Assembly (NCBI GenBank): GCA_030603495.1
Contig: JAUVXR010000002.1
Span: forward strand, 75,836-139,835
Direction: 5' to 3'
Source: a bacterium
GTDB taxonomy: Bacteria > Armatimonadota > Zipacnadia > Zipacnadales > Zipacnadaceae
Length of the DNA: 64,000 nucleotides
The position numbers and the translations under genes were made by a program. The notes below the pieces were generated by a model. The model was not told the DNA's origin and made no database searches. It saw nothing but the letters and a program-made list of their open reading frames with translations. Shown here in pieces: positions 25,709 through 34,911 of the stretch; position 1 is the stretch's first letter, and each line of letters starts with the position of its first letter.

Positions 25709-28700
25709 TTACGAGGCGGTCGCTACAGTATCCTGCTCTGCTAGGTCGTAGTTGGCCCTGTCCAACAGCCGCCCAACCAACTCCTGGACAGCAGCCATTG
25801 CAAACTGGCCACCCTTTTGTCTGTATCCGAAGCAGATCTGCTGTGAGTCGAAACTGGCGCGGGGCAGCTTGGAGCGCGCCCCCCGCCGGGCCTGAAGCTT
25901 GGTCGGCTTGTACAGACCCTGTAGCAGACGCAACTCCCCAGGCTTTAGACGTGCCTCGGCCCGCAATCGGATAACAATCCGACTATTCTCTGTGGTGATG
26001 TCAGCGATACCGACGGCGATACAGCGCAGCTTGAGTTCAGCTATCTGCACCAGGTTCTCAACCGCAGGCGGCAGCCTGCCGTAGCGGTCGGTCATCTCCG
26101 CGGCCAGGTCAGCTATCTGCTCAGGAGTGGTCGTCGCAGCAAGCTGCCGGTACAACGCTATGCGCTGGTTCTCTGCCGGCACGTACTCGGCGGGAATCAG
26201 CGCCTCGATGGGCAAGTCAAGCGCCGGCGCGCCCTCGTAGTCAGACGTCGGTTCGCCTTTGAGCGTCTTAACGGAGTCGGCTAGCATCTGGCAGTACAGG
26301 TCCAGGCCCACCGCCGACAGGTGCCCGCTCTGCTCGGCCCCCAAGATATCGCCGGCACCCCGTATCTCCAGGTCGCGCAACGCCAGCTTGAAGCCGCTGC
26401 CCAGTTCGCTGAATTCCTCCAACGCCTTGAGGCGCTGCTCGGCCTCGGCAGTCATTCGTTCCGGGTAGCGGTACAGTAGATATGCGTAGGCCTGGCGGTC
26501 GGATCTGCCCACACGCCCCCGAAGCTGGTAAAGCTGGGCCAGCCCCAGTCTGTCCGCATCATCAATTATTATAGTGTTAGCGTTAGGTACGTCCAGGCCG
26601 CTCTCGATGATGGTCGTGCAAACCAGTACATCAAACTCCTCGGCATAGAAGGCCAGCATGACCTGCTCGAGATCAGCTTCGGGGAGTTGGCCGTGCCCAA
26701 CTGCTACCGTAGCCTCGGGCACCAGACGCTGAACGGCGGCGGCAATATGATTAATAGATTTTACCCGATTATGGACGAAATACACTTGGCCGCTGCGGCG
26801 CAACTCGCGGAGAATCGCCTCGCGGATTAGCTGATCGTCTCGCTCTCGGACGAAGGTGCGGATGGGCATACGGCCCCGGGGCGGGTCGTTGATCAGCGAA
26901 ATGGCCCGCACCCCCGACAGGGCCATATTCAGCGTCCGCGGAATCGGCGTAGCGGTCAGCGTTACCACATCCACGCTCTGGCGCAGTTTCTTGAGCTGCT
27001 CTTTCTGCTTTACTCCGAACCGCTGCTCCTCGTCAATAACCACCAAACCCAGGTCATTCAAGCCAACATCAGTGGCCAGCAGACGGTGGGTACCTATGAC
27101 GATATCCACGGTGCCTTCTTTGAGCCCGCGGATTATCTTCTGCTGCTGCTCGCGCGTGCGGAAGCGGCTGAGCATAGCTATTTCAACCGGGTACCCCGAC
27201 AGACGCTGGCCGAAGGTATTATAGTGCTGTTGGGCCAGTACGGTTGTCGGCACCAGCACGGCGACCTGCTTGCCGGCCAGCACCGCTTTGAACGCCGCCC
27301 GCACCGCCACCTCGGTCTTACCGAAGCCGACATCACCACAGATGAGCCGGTCCATCGGCTTGCCTGCTTCCATATCCGTTTTGACATCGGCAATGGCCCC
27401 CAGTTGGTCGCCAGTCTCCTCGTAGCGGAAGGAGTTCTCCAGTTGGGCCAGCCAAGGGTTGTCGGGGGCGAAGCAGTAGCCCTCGACCTGCTCCCGCGCG
27501 GCATACAGCTTCATCAACTCACGGGCTAGCAGCCTGGTGGAGGCTTGGGCCTTCTTCTTGGCACGATTCCAGCGCCCACTGTTGAGCTTGGTAATCGGCG
27601 GTGAGCCATGCGAACCGATGTACTTCTGAACGCGGTCGAGTTGAGTGGCCGGCACGTAGAGCTTGTCGCCGTCGGCATACTCGAGGACGAGGTATTCCCG
27701 CTCCACTCCGTTGAGGGCCTGCTTAGTCAGACCGCGATAGACGCCAATGCCGTGGTTGATGTGCACCACGTAGTCGCCTTCGTGCAACTCGCGTAACGAG
27801 GTGAGCGAGAAGCCCGGGTGGTAGCTGCGCTCTGGGGGCCGCCGCAGCTTGCGCCAACCGTAGATCTCATTTCCGGTCAGGACTATGAGATCCACTTCGG
27901 GGACGGTGAAGCCGCCAGAGAGGTCAACGTCCACCACGTTGATACTGCCAGGTAGCAGCTCGTGAAGCTCGGTTTCCTGGTAGACTCTATCAAGCTCTCG
28001 CGAGCGTAGGACCTCGCTGATGCGGGACGGATCGCTGGTGCAGATGACCAGGTACTTGCCTGCGCGTTGCCACTCGGCCAGGCCTTCAACCAGCAGTTCG
28101 AATCTGCCGCCGAAGCTGTCCACGGGCGGAGTATCGAAGCGCACCACCGGAGCATCTTGCTGCCACGGCACTTCCCGGCGGAGCATACTCAGGTAGATTA
28201 TCGGTCGGGCCCAGCGGTTGTGCTCAAAATACATAGCCAGGAGCTTAGCAAAGGGCATACAAGCAGTCTCGGGCAGCCGCAGGTGGCTACCTAGCTTAAC
28301 GCCGGCCCGGTAGGCCTCGTGGACCTCGTCCTCAAACTGCTCGGCATGCGACTTGAGGTGGATTGGCTCGTCCACGACCAAGTAAGCGTCCTCAGGCAGG
28401 TAGTCACAGAGCGCCTGGGGGCGGGAGTATACATAGGGCAGGTAATGCGCCAGCCCGGGCGCGGGCCGAAGCTGTCTGAGCAGGCGCAGGTCCTCGTCCA
28501 TTCGCTCGCGGAGCCGCTCGGCCTCGCGCAGCTTGTTCTGGGAGCGGAGCTGGTCCAACTCGCGCTCAAAGGCGCTGCGAATGGCCGGAAGCGCCGCCTG
28601 TAGCGACTTGTGGGTGAGCAGTATTTCCCCGGCTGGACCTATCCCGATACGCTCCAGGGGCTGGGTGGCCCTCTGCGTGACCGGGTCAAAGAGCCGCAAC

Positions 28701-29332
28701 CGCTCCACTTCATTGCCCAGTAGTTCCAGGCGCACCGGCCACTGGCTAGTCGGCGGCGAGATATCTACAATGCCCCCCCGTACCGAGAACTGCCCGACCT
28801 CATCTACCAGGTCCACCCGCTCATAGCCCAGATCCAACAGCGCCCCGCCCAGCTCGTCGCGGTCAATCTCCTGCCCTGCTACCACCTCCCGGCGGGCTTT
28901 ACGTAGCTCTGTCTGAGGCATCGTGAGATGCAGGACCGCCTTGATGCATGCTACGACTACCGTTGGCCGGCCGGCGCACAGCCGTTCGAGAACTGTCAAG
29001 CGCTGGGCGACCTGAGCAGGGCCAGGCTCTACCCCATCGTAGAGAGCCGAGGCTGTCGAGGGATACAGCATCACCTCGAGGTCAGCGATATTGCTAAGCA
29101 ATTGGCCTAGGTCGGTAGCCAGCTGCTGGGCGCGGTCGTCGGTGTAGGTGATTAGCAGAGCAGTGGACCGCTCACGGCTGAACAGCGCGGCCAGCAGCAC
29201 CGCCTTGCCCACAGCACTGACCCCTTCAACCGAGAGGGCCCTCGCGCCACTGGCGAGTTGCTGCTGCAGTTCAGCGAAGCTGTCCGCTTCGGCAATCTTG
29301 TCACGAAGTTGCGAAAGAATTGTCGTCGCCAT
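25709..29332 (-). CDS. mfd: Transcription-repair coupling factor
   Basis: RGGIVD, VVHINHGIG, GDVGFGKTEV, DEEQRFG, TATPIPRTL, QLRGRVGR, TRCF domain. Confidence 0.98.
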   Translation of the reverse strand: MATTILSQLRDKIAEADSFAELQQQLASGARALSVEGVSAVGKAVLLAALFSRERSTALLITYTDDRAQQLATDLGQLLSNIADLEVMLYPSTASALYDGVEPGPAQVAQRLTVLERLCAGRPTVVVACIKAVLHLTMPQTELRKARREVVAGQEIDRDELGGALLDLGYERVDLVDEVGQFSVRGGIVDISPPTSQWPVRLELLGNEVERLRLFDPVTQRATQPLERIGIGPAGEILLTHKSLQAALPAIRSAFERELDQLRSQNKLREAERLRERMDEDLRLLRQLRPAPGLAHYLPYVYSRPQALCDYLPEDAYLVVDEPIHLKSHAEQFEDEVHEAYRAGVKLGSHLRLPETACMPFAKLLAMYFEHNRWARPIIYLSMLRREVPWQQDAPVVRFDTPPVDSFGGRFELLVEGLAEWQRAGKYLVICTSDPSRISEVLRSRELDRVYQETELHELLPGSINVVDVDLSGGFTVPEVDLIVLTGNEIYGWRKLRRPPERSYHPGFSLTSLRELHEGDYVVHINHGIGVYRGLTKQALNGVEREYLVLEYADGDKLYVPATQLDRVQKYIGSHGSPPITKLNSGRWNRAKKKAQASTRLLARELMKLYAAREQVEGYCFAPDNPWLAQLENSFRYEETGDQLGAIADVKTDMEAGKPMDRLICGDVGFGKTEVAVRAAFKAVLAGKQVAVLVPTTVLAQQHYNTFGQRLSGYPVEIAMLSRFRTREQQQKIIRGLKEGTVDIVIGTHRLLATDVGLNDLGLVVIDEEQRFGVKQKEQLKKLRQSVDVVTLTATPIPRTLNMALSGVRAISLINDPPRGRMPIRTFVRERDDQLIREAILRELRRSGQVYFVHNRVKSINHIAAAVQRLVPEATVAVGHGQLPEADLEQVMLAFYAEEFDVLVCTTIIESGLDVPNANTIIIDDADRLGLAQLYQLRGRVGRSDRQAYAYLLYRYPERMTAEAEQRLKALEEFSELGSGFKLALRDLEIRGAGDILGAEQSGHLSAVGLDLYCQMLADSVKTLKGEPTSDYEGAPALDLPIEALIPAEYVPAENQRIALYRQLAATTTPEQIADLAAEMTDRYGRLPPAVENLVQIAELKLRCIAVGIADITTENSRIVIRLRAEARLKPGELRLLQGLYKPTKLQARRGARSKLPRASFDSQQICFGYRQKGGQFAMAAVQELVGRLLDRANYDLAEQDTVATAS

Positions 29333-29505
29333 AACCGAGTGCCAAAACACACCTAGCCCGAGATACCAACTCGGGCGGGGTGAAAGTTGAATGATTCTAA
29401 GTTGTTAGACATAATCCGGCGCGCTACGGTTCGGTCTTCTACTAGTACAGACCGGGCAAATCAGCAGCCGCAGAGTGCTATCAAGGGCTGAACATGCTCC
29501 GGGTG

Positions 29506-29985
29506 TTACTGGTCCCCGAAGATGTCCTCACCCTCGGGAATCGAGCTGAACTCGTCGTCAGTGTCGGAGGCTGCCCCGGCTTCGCCGCCCGTACTAGGTG
29601 CAGCAGGGGCACCAGCCCCGGCGCGCTGCTGTTGGCCAGCCCGGCGGCGTTCGGCTTCCTGGCGGCTTTCCAGGAACTGAACGCGTTGCGCATTAATCTC
29701 CACCGCATAGCGGTTCTGGCCGTCCTGGGTCTGCCAGGTCCGCGACTGGACCCGGCCCTCGACGGCTACCAACGAGCCCTTGTCCAGGTACTGGGCGCAG
29801 TTCTCGGCCTGCGCTGCCCAGGTTACGATGTTGAGCCAGTCAGTTTGCTGCTCCCCCTCGGGAGCATCACGTCGAGGCGGGCGACCTACCGCCAGGCGAA
29901 ACTTGGTGACGGCCGTCCCGCTGGGCGTATACCGCATCTCCGGGTCGTTTGCCAGCCGTCCTACGAGCACCACGTTGTTGACCAT
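29506..29985 (-). CDS. ssb: Single-stranded DNA-binding protein
   Basis: NNVVLVGRLANDPEMRYT, KGSLVAVEGR, acidic tail. Confidence 0.97.
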   Translation of the reverse strand: MVNNVVLVGRLANDPEMRYTPSGTAVTKFRLAVGRPPRRDAPEGEQQTDWLNIVTWAAQAENCAQYLDKGSLVAVEGRVQSRTWQTQDGQNRYAVEINAQRVQFLESRQEAERRRAGQQQRAGAGAPAAPSTGGEAGAASDTDDEFSSIPEGEDIFGDQ

Positions 29986-29998
29986 AGCACATCCCCCG

Positions 29999-30694
29999 TT
30001 ATTCGTCGCTTGCGGCCACTGGGCGGGCAGCTTCCGCTTCGGACTCCTCGGCGGGTGGTCCGGGCTCTTCTGCGGCTTCAGGCGCCTCCGGGGATGATTC
30101 GGCCGCTTCCTCGCCTATCTCGTCCTCTACGGCGAGTGCTTCTTCCTCTTCCCCCACAGCTTCCGGCAGCTGCTCAGCCGACTCCGAGGATGATTCGGCC
30201 GCTTCCTCGCCTATCTCGTCCTCTACGACGAGTGCTTCTTCCTCTTCCCCCGCAGCTTCTAGCGGCCGCTCAGCCGACTCGGAGGCGGCCAGCGCATCGG
30301 CCACAGCTAACTCGTCTTCCCGTCCTGCCGCCTCACCCCGCTCTTCCAGCTCTTCGGCGCGCTTTTCCTCTTCTTTGCCAGAGCGGAAAATGGCCGCCGG
30401 ATTGGCCACCAATACCCTCCCACGTATTATCCGTTCGTTCAGTCCAAACTCATTCTTGAGAGCCAGCACAGCCGCGCCGGTGCCCTTGAAGTACAGAATC
30501 CGGTAGATGCCGTCGCGGCTGTCGTTGATCTCGTACGCCAGGCGGCGCCGGCCGAACAACTCGTCTGCCATTACTTCGCCGTCAGCAGCTTCCACGGTGC
30601 TTCTGAGTACCCCAACTATCTCCGTCATCTCCTCGTCTTCAACGTCCGGGAGCAAGATATACATCGCCTCGTAAAGAGTCAGATCGTTTTCCAC
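29999..30694 (-). CDS. rpsF: 30S ribosomal protein S6 with long acidic tail
   Basis: YEAMYIL.PD, GRRRLAYEI, GIY motifs; upstream of ssb. Confidence 0.93.
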   Translation of the reverse strand: MENDLTLYEAMYILLPDVEDEEMTEIVGVLRSTVEAADGEVMADELFGRRRLAYEINDSRDGIYRILYFKGTGAAVLALKNEFGLNERIIRGRVLVANPAAIFRSGKEEEKRAEELEERGEAAGREDELAVADALAASESAERPLEAAGEEEEALVVEDEIGEEAAESSSESAEQLPEAVGEEEEALAVEDEIGEEAAESSPEAPEAAEEPGPPAEESEAEAARPVAASDE

Positions 30695-30877
30695 TTAGTC
30701 GGTTTCCTCCTATGGCCTGGCGGCTTTGCCCAGATGGACAAAACAGGATAGGGTCGCGAACGCACGGTCGGCGACCCCGAAAATCATCAGGTATTATACC
30801 ACAACCCGGCTCCGCGCGCAACCTAGTGACAGCACCCCCGTGTTCTGCTATACTCTTGCCGCTGGGAGGTAACAGCC

Positions 30878-31531
30878 TTGCTTGAGAAGCTGGAAGCCGC
30901 TCTACGGTCGGCGTTAGAGGGAGCGGCCAGGCTGCTGCCGGGCAAACTGCACCCCCTGGAGCTAGCGGGACAGCTGCGCGTGGCAATGGACAGCAGCCGG
31001 GTAGTCTCCACCGAAACCGGGTATGTGGCCAACAGATACCGCGTTCTGCTCCATCAAGAGGACTTCGAGCCGTTGGCGGAGCTTGCGGCCGACATCGAAG
31101 CCCAGTTGGCTCACCACCTACAGGAATACGCAGCGCAACAGGGCTACGGTGGTAGTCCGCGGATCACGGTGAAGATCGCCAGTGACGGCGAAGTAGCCCG
31201 CGGCTCGGCCAAGGTGACCTCGACGTTCGACCGTTCGCTACTGCCTGCTGAATTGGCAGTAGTAGGCGGCTTGCCGGCGCAGGTGTTCGAGGTGACCAAG
31301 GCAGCAGAAATGGGCCGGTCCGCACAGTGCCCGATTCACCTCCCCGAGCCGAGCGTCTCGCGGCACCACTCCCGACTGGAGTGGACCTATCAGGGCTGGC
31401 TGCTGCGCGACCTGGGCAGCAGCAATGGCACCTACGTGAACGGCGAGCTGCGGTCTGAACAACTACTCAGTGATAACGACCTCATCCAGCTCGGAGACGT
31501 TCAATTGCGTTTCAACTGCCGCGTTGAGTGA
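30878..31531 (+). CDS. fhaA: FhaA-like protein (DUF3662 + FHA)
   Basis: LHPLELA N-domain; GR...SRHH...DLGSSNGT FHA motifs. Confidence 0.9.
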   Translation: MLEKLEAALRSALEGAARLLPGKLHPLELAGQLRVAMDSSRVVSTETGYVANRYRVLLHQEDFEPLAELAADIEAQLAHHLQEYAAQQGYGGSPRITVKIASDGEVARGSAKVTSTFDRSLLPAELAVVGGLPAQVFEVTKAAEMGRSAQCPIHLPEPSVSRHHSRLEWTYQGWLLRDLGSSNGTYVNGELRSEQLLSDNDLIQLGDVQLRFNCRVE

Positions 31532-31537
31532 TTACTT

Positions 31538-32095
31538 GTGGGACTTGGCCTGCTAGTGACAATCGGCAAGTACCTATTTGTTGGGCTGATATACCTGTTC
31601 GTCATTGCCATCTTCCGCACACTCATCGTGCAGATCACGGCTGTGACACAGACAATAGCTTCACGGCGAGCAGCGACTGCGCCGCCTATGCCCCGCCGGC
31701 CGCTTCCTCGCCAGCCTGCGCCAGATCCCGCTACTACCGGTGAGCCAGTTGCAGCAGCCCCGCCCGAAGTGCCGCCGACAGCAGCACCACGGCCGCATAT
31801 CGCGCGTCTGGTAGTGGTGAAGACCTCGGCAGCCAATCTGGCCAGCGGCTTGAGCTTCCCGCTGAGCAAGTCAATCAGCATCGGGCGCAAGTCTCACAAC
31901 GACATAGCCCTGCAGGACCGGTATGTGTCGGCTACGCACGCACTAATCATGGGCGACGAGAGCAACCACATTCTGCGCGATTACCATTCCACCAACGGAA
32001 CGCTGCACAACGGCGCCAGAATCAAGGAGGACGTGGTCCTGCGCGACGGCGACGAGGTCACAGTGGGCACTACCGTCCTCCGCTACCAGGGCTAA
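31538..32095 (+). CDS. FhaB-like membrane-anchored FHA protein
   Basis: N-terminal TM, Pro-rich linker, GR...SATH...STNGT. Confidence 0.9.
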   Translation: MGLGLLVTIGKYLFVGLIYLFVIAIFRTLIVQITAVTQTIASRRAATAPPMPRRPLPRQPAPDPATTGEPVAAAPPEVPPTAAPRPHIARLVVVKTSAANLASGLSFPLSKSISIGRKSHNDIALQDRYVSATHALIMGDESNHILRDYHSTNGTLHNGARIKEDVVLRDGDEVTVGTTVLRYQG

Positions 32096-32212
32096 CCTGA
32101 TTCGCGCGGCAGTGCGGCCCGGTCGAACCCTGGGGGAAACCCTCTTCCTCACGAAGCGTCTTGCTCAAGGAGAGAATTCCTTATAACCGCAGCACGACGA
32201 ACAGAACTCAGC

Positions 32213-33472
32213 TTGTTGGTGGTCTGTGGCGCGATAGGTGGCCTGGGGCTGGCGCTGGTGGCGGAAGCTACGGCTCAGCCGCTCTCCTGGGCCCTGCGCG
32301 GTCTGACCCCGGCTGGGGTACTGCTCCTGGCGGCCCTGCTGATGGATCTGGTAAACGGCCACCGTGACCGTCTGCTGCTGCCGCTGTGCGGGCTGCTGGC
32401 CACCCTCAGCGTGGTCTTCCTGACGCGGACCGATGTCTTCCTGGCGATGCGCCAGCTCATCGCAATCGTCATCGGCGTCTTCCTAATGGTTGCCATCTAT
32501 TTCCTGATTGAGGACGTCCGGTCGCTGGGGCGGCTGAAGTACACTGCGGGAGTGTGCGGGGTCGGGCTATTGGTGGTTACTATGCTGTGGGGCGAAGTCC
32601 ATCACGGCGCCCGCCTGTGGCTGGCGATACCTCATCTGGTCACTTTCCAGTCCGGCGAGGTTGCCAAGATCCTGATGGCCATATTCCTGGCTGGATATGT
32701 GGCCGAGCGGGGCGAGTTGCTGCGACGCACCGGTATCCGCCGCATGGGAATGCGCCTGCCCCCACTGCAGGTCGCCGCCCCGCTGCTGGTGGTGGTGATC
32801 TTCTGCCTGGCCATATTCGTGGCCCAGCGGGATCTGGGAGCAGCGATGCTGTTCTTCGGCCTGTTCGTAGCAATGTTCTACCTGGCTACCGGCCAGGCCA
32901 GCTACGGACTATTAGCCACGGTGGTCTTCGGGCTCGGCCTGGTCATCGCCCACCACTACTTCCCCCACGTCGGCGTGCGGATGAGCAGTTGGCTCAATCC
33001 CTGGGCAGACCCACAGGGAGCGGGCTACCAGCCGCTTCAGGCACTGTTCTGCCTTGGCGAAGGCGGCATCTTCGGGGCGGGACTAGCACACCTGCCGGTC
33101 ACCAAGCTGCCCGCCGCCGCCACCGACCTGATCCTAGTGGTGATCGGGGCGGACCTGGGGCTGATCGGCTCGCTCAGCATCGTGCTGATTTATGCACTGA
33201 TAGCGCTGCGCAGTTACGGCCTCGCCTGGCAGGCCACCGACCGCTTCGCCAGCCTGTTGGCCGCTGCGCTGGCGACGGTCTTCTCCCTGCAAGCCCTGGT
33301 CATCATGGGGGGAGTACTGCGGGTCATTCCCCTCACCGGCATTACGACCCCTTTTCTCAGCTACGGGGGCACATCGGTCGTAGTCAACTTCGTCGCCCTC
33401 GGCCTGCTGCTGGCGGTATCGCGCGACTGTGTGCCGCAACCGGAACCGACGGAACCAGATGCAAGAGCTTAG
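32213..33472 (+). CDS. rodA: FtsW/RodA/SpoVE family protein
   Basis: GARLW, FQSGEVAK, QRDLG, GYQ, TD, PLTGITTPFLSYGGTS; frame is open upstream, so the true start may be ATA 32183 after AAGGAG. Confidence 0.93.
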   Translation: MLVVCGAIGGLGLALVAEATAQPLSWALRGLTPAGVLLLAALLMDLVNGHRDRLLLPLCGLLATLSVVFLTRTDVFLAMRQLIAIVIGVFLMVAIYFLIEDVRSLGRLKYTAGVCGVGLLVVTMLWGEVHHGARLWLAIPHLVTFQSGEVAKILMAIFLAGYVAERGELLRRTGIRRMGMRLPPLQVAAPLLVVVIFCLAIFVAQRDLGAAMLFFGLFVAMFYLATGQASYGLLATVVFGLGLVIAHHYFPHVGVRMSSWLNPWADPQGAGYQPLQALFCLGEGGIFGAGLAHLPVTKLPAAATDLILVVIGADLGLIGSLSIVLIYALIALRSYGLAWQATDRFASLLAAALATVFSLQALVIMGGVLRVIPLTGITTPFLSYGGTSVVVNFVALGLLLAVSRDCVPQPEPTEPDARA

Positions 33473-34850
33473 CGCCAACATAAGACGACTCGCCGTCCTG
33501 ATGTTGTGGGGATTTCTGCTGGTATGCCTACTCTTCGGCTACTGGCAGGCCGTCCGCGCTCCGGGGCTGCGCGCCAACCCCCATAACGAGCAAGCCCGAC
33601 AACGCGAAAATGCCATCAAACCCGGATGCGTCTACACCGCTGATGGCGAGGTCGTCCTGAGAGCCGAGAGGATCGCCGACGAGTGGCGGCCTGCCTATCC
33701 GCAGGGGGCAGTCTACTGCCATCTGACCGGTTACAACCGCGACACCGGCCTGCAGAAGGCCATGCGGGAGGTGCTACTGGGCATTGGCGCTTATGAAGAC
33801 TGGTGGCGCACAGTCCGCTATGGCCCAGGTGGCTTGGACATAGCACTAACGGTCAACAGTAAGGCGCAGAAGTTAGCCACCATGCTAATGCGCGGCAAGC
33901 GAGGCAGCGTGGTGGCACTAGACCCCAGGACCGGGGCAGTGCTAGCGATGGTCAGTGCGCCCGCCTACGATCCGGCCGTCGTCCTTGAGAATAAGCTGAG
34001 CTACGAGATGTTCCGCAACGATCCCAACTCGCCCGAGTTGAACCGGGCACTGCAAGGTCTCTACCCGCCGGGATCAATCTTCAAGGTATTCACGGCTGCG
34101 GTTGGGCTGGACATTGGTCTGGTCGAACCCGAAACAATCTTCGAGTGCAGCGGCGCTACGCGAGTCTCTGGAGTTCTGGTAAAGTGCCGCAAGCCCAGCG
34201 GGCACGGACGGCTGACGCTTTCGTGGGCTCTGGCCGATTCGTGTAATGTGGCTTTTGCCAAGCTGGCTGAGCAGATTGGGCCGGCGCAGTTCCGCAGCTA
34301 TCTCAAGAAGTTCCACCTGCTGGACCAATCGGATGTCTCCCTACCCGCTTCTCAGGGGAAGATGGCGGACTTTGACGCATATAAGGGCGAGAGGGAACTG
34401 GCCCAGGCGGCTTTCGGCCAGGGGGCAACGATGGTGACGCCCCTGGCAATGGCCCGTATGACGGCGACCGTCGCCAACGGTGGCGAGCTTATCCAGCCCT
34501 ATCTGGTCGCCCAGGTCAAGCGACGCGACGGCCAGATCCTCAGAGAGTACAGCGGGCGCTCGCTGGGGCAGGCGATAAGTCAGGAAACTGCGGGGCAGGT
34601 GGCAGGTATGATGGCCCAAGCTGTCGAAAAGGGCACAGCAAGCAGGATGGCACTGCCCGGCTACAGTGTCGCAGCCAAGACGGGATCTGCCCAGGTCATG
34701 CACGGAGAGCCCCACGCCTGGATGGTAGCCTTCGCGCCAAGGCAAGCGCCACGGGTGGTCGTAGCGGTAGTTGTGGAGAACGGCGGCGCCGGTGGCACAG
34801 TGGCAGGTCCCATTGCCCGTGAGCTGCTCAATACTTTGCTCGCCGAGTAG
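33459..34850 (+). CDS. pbpA: Class B penicillin-binding protein (PbpA-like)
   Basis: SxxK (GSIFK), SxN (SCN), KTG motifs. Confidence 0.92.
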   Translation: MQELSANIRRLAVLMLWGFLLVCLLFGYWQAVRAPGLRANPHNEQARQRENAIKPGCVYTADGEVVLRAERIADEWRPAYPQGAVYCHLTGYNRDTGLQKAMREVLLGIGAYEDWWRTVRYGPGGLDIALTVNSKAQKLATMLMRGKRGSVVALDPRTGAVLAMVSAPAYDPAVVLENKLSYEMFRNDPNSPELNRALQGLYPPGSIFKVFTAAVGLDIGLVEPETIFECSGATRVSGVLVKCRKPSGHGRLTLSWALADSCNVAFAKLAEQIGPAQFRSYLKKFHLLDQSDVSLPASQGKMADFDAYKGERELAQAAFGQGATMVTPLAMARMTATVANGGELIQPYLVAQVKRRDGQILREYSGRSLGQAISQETAGQVAGMMAQAVEKGTASRMALPGYSVAAKTGSAQVMHGEPHAWMVAFAPRQAPRVVVAVVVENGGAGGTVAGPIARELLNTLLAE

Positions 34851-34911
34851 AGATTCACCCGCGAGTCAGCGGCGGGTACGGCCGGAAGTCACAGACCGTG
34901 GAGGTGAGAGA

